63,515 nt of DNA from Podospora anserina (taxonomy: Eukaryota): positions 1,178,001-1,241,515 of the forward strand of contig JAFMPO010000001.1 of assembly GCA_017654855.1 (NCBI GenBank), in the 5' to 3' direction. Made by a program: the position numbers and the translations under genes. Below, piece by piece: positions 36,403 through 46,129 of this stretch (positions are counted from its first letter, which is position 1; each line of letters begins with the position of its first letter). The notes below the pieces were generated by a model that did no database searches, was not told the origin of the DNA, and was given only the letters and a program-made list of their open reading frames with translations.

Positions 36403-37929
36403 ATGGACACCATTGACAAGAACGAAAACCCTGCTCTGGCCTTTGAAGGCTGGACAGAGCATGCAAGTCGAGATCGCATCAGCACCGATACCAAGGTACA
36501 CCAGCTGCTCAGCACTGCATACCCAGGTCACCATGTTACACGCACACAGACATCGTCCTGTGATCTTTTGGGTTTCGCTGACGCCGGCTACGCAACCAAA
36601 ACCCCGGATCGTCCACGTGGCTACGACGCTATTCGCAAGTTTGTGGCCCCGAAACTTCGATACGAAAAGGGCAATGACAAACTTGAGGATGAGGTACGCT
36701 TTGGTGCCTGGAAATACGAATGGGAAAGCCACCAATTCCTGGTATATGAATTGTCATTCAGGGACTACCTGCTGAGCCGGGTCATACGGTTTCTCTATGT
36801 GATAACACCTCCTTCCGTGGACGGCGCGGTGGACATTGATGGCAACCATCCCAAGACCGATGAGCTTCTTCTGGTAGCCGGGAAGTGGACGAAGGAGATG
36901 CACGATGAAATATGGGTCTTTGACAACCAGCAGTGGATGAAGGATAAGGAGTTATACCGGAGTGTTCTTGGAGCGTCGTGGGACGATGTCATTCTTGACC
37001 CGAGCATAAAGTCGAGCCTGGCTCAAGATGTCGAGTCCTTCTTTAACAATCAGTCTTTGTATAAGACACTCCGGGTGCCATGGAAGCGCGGTGTGATTCT
37101 TCATGGGGTACCGGGAAATGGCAAGACCGTGTCTATCAAGGCAATCATCAACTCATTGGCGGCACGCAATCCTCCGGTCCCCGCCATGTACGTGAAATCG
37201 CTCGACGGATGTTCGCACCCAAAAGTCGCCATGCAGCAAATCTTTTCCAAGTCACGAATCGTCGCTCCATGCCTTCTGATCTTTGAGGACCTCGACAGCC
37301 TGGTCGAGGACAAGACACGCAGCTACTTCCTCAACGAGGTCGATGGACTTGACTCCAACGAGGGCATCCTAATGATAGGCTCGACCAATCACCTTGAAGG
37401 GATCGATGCGGCTATCACAAAACGACCAAGCCGCTTTGACCGTAAATACCACTTCAAAGTTCCGGAGCATGCCTTGCGGATGGCTTACTGTCACCATTGG
37501 CGCGAGAAAGTGCTGGATTCCCCTGCGCTTGCCTTCCCCGTGGAATTGTGCTCTGTGATAGCAGATCTCACGGATGGCTTCACCTTTGCTTATATCAAAG
37601 AGCTCTTCATCTCGTCTTTGCTTATGTTGGCCGGGGGTACTCGTGACATCGAGGCTGGGGGCGACAACAGCTCAGGAGCAGCGTTGGATTCAAGCTCTGA
37701 CGAGAACGAGGACAGTGCCAGCTCTAACAAACCCGGACGCGTCATGCCTGCAGTGACAATTCCCAAGGAACTTGAAGGAGATCCCTTGCTTGCTGTTATC
37801 CTGGCTGAAGCCAAGTTGCTCTGGGAGCAAATGGAGAACGAGGAGACAGACGCCGTGAAGCGTAAAAAGGCAGCAACAGTATGCGCTCCGAGGCTGCCAG
37901 ATTTTGTCTTTGGACTGCGTGATGATTGA
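36403..37929 (+). CDS. AAA+ ATPase, intronless paralog of the gene at 18046-19692
   Basis: PWKRGVILHGVPGNGKT, IFEDLDS, FLNEVDG, GSTNHL and KRPSRFDRKY. Confidence 0.92.
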   Translation: MDTIDKNENPALAFEGWTEHASRDRISTDTKVHQLLSTAYPGHHVTRTQTSSCDLLGFADAGYATKTPDRPRGYDAIRKFVAPKLRYEKGNDKLEDEVRFGAWKYEWESHQFLVYELSFRDYLLSRVIRFLYVITPPSVDGAVDIDGNHPKTDELLLVAGKWTKEMHDEIWVFDNQQWMKDKELYRSVLGASWDDVILDPSIKSSLAQDVESFFNNQSLYKTLRVPWKRGVILHGVPGNGKTVSIKAIINSLAARNPPVPAMYVKSLDGCSHPKVAMQQIFSKSRIVAPCLLIFEDLDSLVEDKTRSYFLNEVDGLDSNEGILMIGSTNHLEGIDAAITKRPSRFDRKYHFKVPEHALRMAYCHHWREKVLDSPALAFPVELCSVIADLTDGFTFAYIKELFISSLLMLAGGTRDIEAGGDNSSGAALDSSSDENEDSASSNKPGRVMPAVTIPKELEGDPLLAVILAEAKLLWEQMENEETDAVKRKKAATVCAPRLPDFVFGLRDD

Positions 37930-38383
37930 GGAACTACAATGGGTTGGTTATACTGGTAGGACAATAGTGCTCATTGAATACGTACATGGAATAACAGATC
38001 ATTCAACGGGCAGAAAGCCGAATACATGCCGTTTCTCTATTTTGGTCCCCTCGGCCTGATGATAAGCTTCTCTTGGCTACGTGCTATCGCCGTCAAGATC
38101 ATGCTGATGGATGCTCGAGCTGCAGGTTCCACTCACTCTAACCTGCTTCGAGAAGTGAAGCTGTGGGTCGGGCCCGTTTGGTTTAGCGTAGCAGGGGTCT
38201 CTGGCATCCCCTGGCGGCGCTTGCTCCGAGCACAACAAGCCCCTGATGAACCGGAAATTGGCTTGGCAGGTTCTCCATTTTTCAAGGTCCAGGCAACATC
38301 ACTCTTACTTTTGCAGCTCCTCAATCTTTGCACGCTTTCTTGAATTCCCATGATGGGAAGATAACGCCTGCCTTTAGCGCAGC

Positions 38384-40189
38384 ATGTCACTCGTTTATTT
38401 ACTTTTGCAATGTTTTCTTTTTGCGACGGCGACGTCTGCCCATCTTTTGTTCCCCTTTACCCGTGAGAGAAACATCGCCAGATCGATCGATAACAAAACA
38501 GCAACTGTTCCCGTCTCGGCGTCAGGGCACGTCTTCATCGTCAACGTCACCGTCGGGACCCCCCCACAACCACTGTCGCTTCTCTTGTCACCGTCCTCGC
38601 CTCACACATGGCTTCCCAACGCCGAGGAGGCCATGCCTTGTTCGCAAGGCTTCAACCTGCTATCCGGTGGCTTTCATCCCACTGATGTTCTCTCTGGCTC
38701 CGCTTGCAAATGGGGGGCATTCACTAAATCCAAATCGTCGACATTCCAGGGAGCAGAAACGGTGAATTACCAGTTCGACGCGGCATATACCAGCACATTC
38801 ACCGTGCGTGGCAGCAACTTCACCGATACACTAAAGATGGGTGATGTCGAGCTCGACAACTTCCCGATGGGCCTGGTGAATTCAGCCACGAATAATCAAT
38901 GGATCGGGATGCTTGGACTCGGCAATGATGGCACCACGACCTACCCCCGCCGCTCAACCAAATATTATCCCAACTTTGTGGATCGACTGGTATCTTCTGG
39001 AAAGATTGTCACCCAAGCATACAGCATTTGGCTCAACAGTGCGGACGGAGCATCGGGATCTCTGCTTCTAGGTGCCATCGACAAATCGCGGTTCAAGGGC
39101 GAGCTGATACGCCTCAACACCGCTCGAGGTTACGACATCTTTCCCAGCGCCTTCGCCGTCTTATTGAACAGCATCAAAATGCTTGACGATTCGAAAGAGG
39201 CACTCAAGTTTGACGAAATCAGGCTGCTCTTTTCGCTCAGCCCTGCCGAATCCTTTTCGATCCTGCCCCGCGAACTCGCCGATCCCATCATCGCTGCAAG
39301 CGGCGCGACCTGGAACACCACTATCGAGAGGGCCACCATTCCGTGTGATGCTGGATCAAAGAATACAAAGCTCAATCTTCGCCTTCAGCTCGAGGGGCCG
39401 GACGGCCCCGTTCTCAACGTTCCCCTCGCAGATCTCATCGTCCCACAGGAAGTCACGAACTGGGAGATTGCCGTTGCCACCAACCCTCAAAGTCTCAATA
39501 GAAATACCTGCCTTTTTGGAATTCAAAAGTCGAACAGCGGACAGTTCAACATTGGCAGCGCCCTCTTGCGACGAACCTACATGGTGTTTGATGCAGTCAA
39601 CAAGGAAATCGCCCTTGCTCCTGTCAAGCCTGGGACTTCTGCCACGAAGCCCACCATTGTCCCGTTTGACAAGGCCGGCGCACGCATTCCTTCCTCGAGA
39701 CTTTATTGTGCTGAGGGCAGTGAGTGTGTGTCTGAGTCTTCAATTGCTCCAGACTCAGAAGAAGGCGTGGAGACCGTTGTTGAGGAGAATGAGCCAAATT
39801 CGAACTGGAAGAAGATTGTGATTGGGGTGGTCGTCCCCATTGGTGTACTAGCCATTGCCCTACCCATCATTTATGTCATTATCATGAGACGCAAGCGCCA
39901 GGCAAAGGCAAGGGAAGAAGCCCTCTCACGACAACGGGAAACAGATCACACAGACGGGGAGGATAGCTTCAAGGAGGATGAATATGGTGTCAAGGTTACA
40001 GTGTCCGTCTCTTCAAAGGTGTCAGTGGCGAAGGCACCGCCATCGCCCCAGTTCTTCTTGGGTGTGCCAGGGGGATTTCCCAGCATCCCTGAAGACAGAC
40101 AGTCACAGTATTCTGGAGATGCGCTTCTGGGACCTGATAGCAGGAGTGGGAGTAGGAATGGGAGTGAGAAGGAGGTGTCTAAGTGTTAG
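38384..40189 (+). CDS. Pepsin-fold (A1/yapsin-like) membrane-anchored protein lacking both catalytic aspartates
   Basis: Signal peptide; VNVTVGTPPQ, GMLGLG, AYSIWLN, GSLLLGAIDKSRF.G.L and IGSALLRRTYMVFD; TM helix IVIGVVVPIGVLAIALPIIYVII then RRKR. The DTG sites read LSPSS and LSPAE. Confidence 0.85.
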   Translation: MSLVYLLLQCFLFATATSAHLLFPFTRERNIARSIDNKTATVPVSASGHVFIVNVTVGTPPQPLSLLLSPSSPHTWLPNAEEAMPCSQGFNLLSGGFHPTDVLSGSACKWGAFTKSKSSTFQGAETVNYQFDAAYTSTFTVRGSNFTDTLKMGDVELDNFPMGLVNSATNNQWIGMLGLGNDGTTTYPRRSTKYYPNFVDRLVSSGKIVTQAYSIWLNSADGASGSLLLGAIDKSRFKGELIRLNTARGYDIFPSAFAVLLNSIKMLDDSKEALKFDEIRLLFSLSPAESFSILPRELADPIIAASGATWNTTIERATIPCDAGSKNTKLNLRLQLEGPDGPVLNVPLADLIVPQEVTNWEIAVATNPQSLNRNTCLFGIQKSNSGQFNIGSALLRRTYMVFDAVNKEIALAPVKPGTSATKPTIVPFDKAGARIPSSRLYCAEGSECVSESSIAPDSEEGVETVVEENEPNSNWKKIVIGVVVPIGVLAIALPIIYVIIMRRKRQAKAREEALSRQRETDHTDGEDSFKEDEYGVKVTVSVSSKVSVAKAPPSPQFFLGVPGGFPSIPEDRQSQYSGDALLGPDSRSGSRNGSEKEVSKC

Positions 40190-41240
40190 CTGGCTATTTG
40201 TTTTTAATTCATTCGTTTATAGGTAATAAAGAACGCATAAAGGCCCCACGTTAGTTTTTCTACCAGGTGTTTCCTTCTGCATTACAAGCCTTACATGTAA
40301 AGCACTTAACTACAGCACTTGCAGTGTGGTATAAAGTATATATAAGAAAACCTAATGTAGGGGGTTTATATATTATTTAAATATACTATTCTATACTTCT
40401 TTTCCAATAAGATTTATTAAAAGTTATTTCGCTTTACTTTTATAGGAGTTAAAGTACATCTATAACCCTAACCTAACTCTAGCGACTACTTTTCGATTAC
40501 ACCTATATCTTAATTCTACCTTGTTAAAAATAGTCTCTGTGAGGCTTATTTATAGTGGGTTACTGCTGTAATACTACGTGGCGGCAGCTCTAGTAAAAGC
40601 GTTGCAAATATCCCGAACTGGTGGGCATATGTAGCATTGCCACCCAGGTATGGCCACAGCTGCAGTAGCTGAAAGATCTTTTCTGTCGAGATGATGTGCT
40701 AGCGTGATGATATTGCGGCCGCCTCTGTGACTGGAAACAAGTTCTTCCTGAAGCAAGGCATACCAAGTCTGTACGGAGGTAGCTTGCATATAAGCCACGA
40801 GTGAGAAAGGCGGCCGAAGCAAGAGACGAGAGAAGGCAAAGCTTCTGGACTTGTGCAGCTCTGTATACTTCTGTATCCTGGAGTACCTGTTACCTAGTGA
40901 CCAATGTACTGATCTGCTTATTTCACATCTGAAGTACGTAAAGATAAAGGGATTTACCCGTAAATACTAAGTAGGCTTGCATCCCAGATCTATGCCTCGC
41001 TATTTGCCACTGTAGGTACGCAGGCTATTTTGGTCATCATTATTCTGATTTTGGAGAGGCTTATGCCACATCATCTTTTGGTACGTTAGGCTCATCTAGT
41101 TCTTTCACCGAACTATTAAATACTCTCTTACTAGGTAGCATCTTCGCTAACGTCTTCATTGTACTTCTCTCGCCAACTTCCATTCTGCACCTCTCTCACC
41201 AACATCTTCATACTAATTCTTCAGATCGAACATCAACGCC

Positions 41241-42479
41241 ATGCCGGAAGACGAGACCACTGATTTTGCAGGCCAGGTACCTGTGGATTTGATTTTAGAT
41301 GTTGGCTCTAATCCAACAACGCCTCTGAAAGTTCAAGCGGTATTCCTTACAAGATGTTCGCCGTACTTTCAGAGGGCGTGCTCGGACGCCCGACCTGGCA
41401 ACTCCCCCGATGTATGACACATTTCGCTTCCCGGTGTTGATGCTCACACGTTCCGCATCATTCTTTGCGCCATCTACACACACTTTGCACAAGTATCAAG
41501 CTTCCTGAAGCGCTCCAACTTCACGGAAATACTGAGACTTCTGATACTTGCAAAGGAGTATTTTTCGCTTGCAGTGCTGAACCCTTGGGTTCAGCCCTTG
41601 ATTGCACGAATCTGGTCCGTCCTTAACCAACTAAATGGCCAAGAGCTGATCAGTTGCGCCCTGATTTTGTGGGAATTTGGAGAAGTCGAGAATCTGGTCA
41701 GCGTTATCTACATACTTGCCCATTTTGCAAGGAAGGATAACGATGGACAGATTGTTCTGCCTTATCACCGATCGGAAAGTCTACAAGGACAACGGCATGA
41801 TTTGAGGCCTCTGAAAGACTGCCTTCACGGACTGCCTAATAATGATGGTGTTTTCGGTATTATAAGTAAGTTTCTCGAAATCCATATATCCACTTCGATG
41901 TATTAACAAATTACGAACATAATGGCCATTGAATACGCAAGGGAGAAACTATATCACTTGCTAGCCGAGCTAGCGCGGGCGGATTACACCAAACTGCATG
42001 AACCCTTCGGATGTGAATGTCTCAAGTCATCGTTAGGAGGGATTCATCGATATCTATTCCAATCACCGATCGGTGGGCGAACCTTCCTTGACTTAACGAG
42101 AGTCACCGCCTCCACTGTTCTCAATGACCTGCGTTGTTATCAACATGCTTCGGTATTCAGTATAACTTCCTTGATCAACGGTGCCTTTTCAGTAGGCAAA
42201 ACCAAGTGCAAGGATAACTGTCCCACCTGGACACCATACTTGACAGATCATCACAAGGTCTATAGCCATACCATGGTTGACATTATTTGCCAAGCAAATT
42301 ACTGGACTAGCGCGGTGAGTAGAGCGATGTTAGAGAGACGCCATGCTTGGGAGCAACGTTCAAGCCTGCTGCACACCTCGCTATTCGATACTATAACCAG
42401 AGGTTATGAAGCTACTATCAGGACGGACGCTTCGACATCGACGCCCATAGATATCAGTGGGCCTTTATGCGGGTTATAG
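41241..42479 (+). pseudogene. BTB/POZ-domain protein gene with premature TGA and damaged splice acceptor; may extend to ~42960
   Basis: Reads MPEDE..DLILDVG..LKVQAVFLTRCSPYF..*HISLPGVDAHTFRIIL..LAKEY..NPW, matching the fungal BTB pattern. TGA at 41415-41417. GTAAGT donor at 41866, branch TATTAAC, acceptor reads CATAA at 41918-41922. Confidence 0.65.
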
Positions 42480-43279
42480 ACCAGGATTATGAGCCCTGCG
42501 TTTAAAGTTGGACGAACCTTTTATTTATCCCGAGAGAAACACCGATACTTTGTATCTTCATTGCTGCAGGAAAAATCCCATTCCACTTGGCCTGACATGT
42601 ACCCGGGGAAGCGCTGGGGGGTCGGCGTGTGGGAAAAACTGCAACGAGGTTTGCGTTCATGTTGGTTTTGGTTTCCATTACTTTCTGGACATCAACGGAC
42701 CAGACCTGGACAAGGTGTACGCACTTGGTAAGCATACCTACATTCGACCCAATCTCCTTCCGACAAACACTGACTGTTCCACAGCCTGGGGCGACATACC
42801 CATAAACACCGCAAATAGTGTCGTGCGAAAGCACCGAGTGTTCACCCCTGGGCTTTGTGTCGTTCTTATATGCCACTACGGTCCACGATGCAGGATATAC
42901 GAGTTCGCGTCTGTCAAAGAAGTAAAAGGCTTCCTCTCTTCTCTGGAAGTAGCGTTATAAAAGATAGCTTTTATAATCAGCTTGTAAGTCGAAAGCCTTT
43001 CACGATCATAGTTTCTTATAATTAAATATGAGGGAACAGGAATAACATGGTTGGTTTTATTAAGTCGATCTGGTACGACCAAAAACTCCCGAGTCAGAAA
43101 TACTGAGAGTGGAGCTAATGGATGGGTGTACCGGCAACTTCAAACCCAGGCCTATTGGCGTTTGAACCGTCGGCCCACCGCCCAATATCCTACTTAATTC
43201 CTTACTATTCTCCTCCATAGCTTAATTTAGCCCGCTTGTTACTTTAAAACCCCTATATCGTTCTTATAGACGAGGAATA

Positions 43280-44050
43280 AGTGCTGCCGATACCGAGACG
43301 AAGGTCATGTTAAATTTAAGACAGGTGTTCCAAGGAAAAACAATGATCTTCTTGGTACAGAGAACTGCCATAACAGCAAGCGCTTTATCGGGTAAAAGTC
43401 GTAACGAGGTGCGTTTTTGTGTAATTCTCTCCCGTTATTCTCATTCCTCTTTGAAGATGCACCCCACAAATTTGATGGCATTCTTCCGTTGGACAACAGT
43501 GTGTTCCTTGTCAAGGGACTGTTCGCATGCGAGCATCCGAGCGGCAACAGAGTCCTTAACTTTATGTTTAGTATAAGCAACGAAGTCCAACAGGCTCTAG
43601 AGGCACCAAACACCATTATAACGAAAGATTCGATTGTTCTCGACACAGGAGCAATGTACTTAACATTCAACCACCTGAAATGGTTCACCGAGCTTTACCC
43701 TATGCCAGAACCCCTTCCGTTTACTGCCGCAACAGGAGGCCAAGGTTACTGCTACTACATTAGCACCATGGAGACCACTATCCCAAATGCTCACGGTAGA
43801 TCTCTCCGTGCCTAGATACTAAACACACACTACTACCTAGAAAGCCCAGCGAATCTCGTAGGTAGAAAATCCCTCAAAGCAGCCAATTTGAGCTGGGATT
43901 TTGACTCTAATACGATCATACACAAAGCCTCTGCAATTGTCATTAGATGCCTCGTGTATAACGAACTTCCTATCATGCCGGCGGATACCCCTCGTGACTT
44001 GAAGACCACAACTGAGACAATAAAAATACGCACTCCTCGCGTCGATCAAC
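43280..44050 (+). mobile_element. Ty1/Copia-like gag-protease relic
   Basis: IVLDTGAMYLTFNHLKWFTEL..PF.AATGG..*..HYY..SPANLVG..SL is the pattern of the Copia protease region; in-frame stops present. Confidence 0.55.
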
Positions 44051-44189
44051 TATTAAGTCATGCACCGCCGCCTAATGCACGCCAGGCGAGACGTAATTGT
44101 TCGTGCATGCCGTATCAGTGCTCTTCGATTGCCGTTTACACTCTATCCCGCATCCCCCTAACCTCCTTTAAAGAGTTATAGGGGATTTG

Positions 44190-44560
44190 TGTAACGAACC
44201 CCTATACAGAACCTCTAAAAGGGATACGGGTTGAAGGTAACTTCTGATAATTAGTTCGGTGCAGCTAAATAGTATACAATAAGATATCTCAATATAAATA
44301 TAAAATACCGTGAATATAATTGTGAATTGTATACTGCGGAACTATTTATCTATATTAGCTAGTTCCTCCGTATATATAGACCTGTTTATTACTATTATTA
44401 CTAATAATAATATCGATTATTACTTATCGTTTACCGAAGGTTAATAATAATCGCGATTATTACCCTTAACGCTAATAATAATCTAACTTCCTTACTTTTC
44501 GGTTTCTAGTAGTTAGACGGGTCGCGCCCCGCGCTCCTTACTTATATTAGGTCCGTAATA
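44190..44560. mobile_element. Probable RIP-mutated solo LTR
   Basis: Starts TGTAACG and ends CGTAATA (CGTAACA after RIP reversal); ~370 bp with internal TATA-like and short repeats. No clear target-site duplication. Confidence 0.4.
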
Positions 44561-44742
44561 TAATTATTATAACCTGCACCGGGAATGGATATAGACTATA
44601 AGGCAGTACGCTAGAGGTAAATATAATAGAATAATCGAAGGTTATAATAAGCGTTTTAAATAAAGGGTTTATTATTAATAATAGGTTATTCTATAAAGAA
44701 CTACTTAAGAGTAAATTATAGATAAATAAACTTAATTACTTA

Positions 44743-44962
44743 TGTAAGGAATTAGATTCCTCGATACAGAGAGCGCTAGGCGCTCCCTCCTATTTATATG
44801 CAGCTATCTATATATATTTCTAAAGTATCTTTATACCTTACTTAGTATGCTCAGTAGTCTTAGCGGCTAAGCAAACTAAGCAATCTTTTATAATCGATAT
44901 ACTTAGTATGCTCAGTAGTCTTGGCTACTAATCAAACTAAGTACCTCCTAATTAGTTATATA
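44743..44962. repeat. LTR-like relic containing a ~43-bp direct repeat (61-bp spacing)
   Basis: acttagtatgctcagtagtctt.g..ctaa.caaactaag occurs at 44840 and 44901; the segment starts TGTAAGG. Confidence 0.4.
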
Positions 44963-44984
44963 GAGACTTTATAGGTTTTCCTAT

Positions 44985-46015
44985 CCCTATTAGTTATTCT
45001 CCGATAGATTGTAGTACAATCCATTGAGAAACGCACTAAAAAAATCGCCCCACTTTGGAAACAGGGGGTAGGATCCATTAAGAATTCAGTTATATAATCT
45101 AATAAAATCTTTCTTACTAAAATAAAAAAGAAAGATATTATTGGAATCGCCTAAATAAACTATATAGAATAATATAAAATATATTATTATACGAGCGGTA
45201 TAGAATAGTAAATAATAAATATAAAGTTAGGTATAAGTGTGCTAGTAGTATATATAAATAGCAAGGTAAGTATAATCCGTTAAGAATTTAGTTATACGAT
45301 CCAATAAAGTTTTTTTTACTAAAATAAAAAAGAAAAATATTATTAGAATTACCTAAACGAGCTATATAGAATAATATAGGATATATTATTGTACGAACGG
45401 TATAGAATAGTAAATAATAAATATAAAGTTAGGTATAAGTATATTAGTAATATACGTAAATAGTAAAGTAAGTAAAATCCGTTAAGAATTTATTTATACG
45501 ATCCGATAAGACTTTTCTAACCAAAATAAAAAAAAATATATTATTAAAATTATTTAAACGAGCTACATAAAATAGTATAGGATGTATTATCGTACGAGCG
45601 GTATAAAATAGTAAATAATAAATATAAAGTTAAGTATAAGTATATTAAAATGGTAAGAAAACACACAAAACAACCACAACACCACAAATATACCCTCAAT
45701 AGGTCTCAGAATAAACACACTTGCGTAACAGTAACTCGCTCGCAGGCCGCACTTCACGTAAGACAAAGAAAAGACACTATGGGCTCGCAGGCCACATAAT
45801 AAGCACCGGATTAGCCTAATTAGAGGGCCAGAATTGCCTGCACGCGTGTAAGGCATAAAATACGAAAAAAAGAATAAAAGTCGATGTCCTGTCTAAAATA
45901 GAATGTCCGAAGCAGACCGCTTATATATATAACCCCTGAACCCCTAAGTCCTCTGAGAGCCCCGCTTCCTTATTTATACTTTTAGGCCTATAGCCGTACC
46001 CCAAACCAAACCTCC
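44985..46015 (+). mobile_element. Internally deleted (mini) copy of the telomere-linked helicase unit
   Basis: Has the same ~105-bp leader and palindrome as 52193-52298, then ~2.8 copies of the 202-bp repeat (phase marks 45092, 45294, 45496), joined directly to a block (45652-46015) homologous to 60366-60700. Confidence 0.75.
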
Positions 46016-46129
46016 CTTCGCATTTAATTATTATAAACTAGTAGGTAAATGCGTATATAAGAAAAAAATCCTTTATAAATTAAAAAAAAAAAGAAAATAT
46101 TATTTAATAAAAAAAAAGGAAAATAATAT

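Noticed and set aside
40580-44190. Starship captain (DUF3435) or Spok meiotic-drive gene in the accessory zone
   Set aside because: No ORF of suitable size or motifs is recognisable; the content is explained by a BTB pseudogene and a Copia relic.
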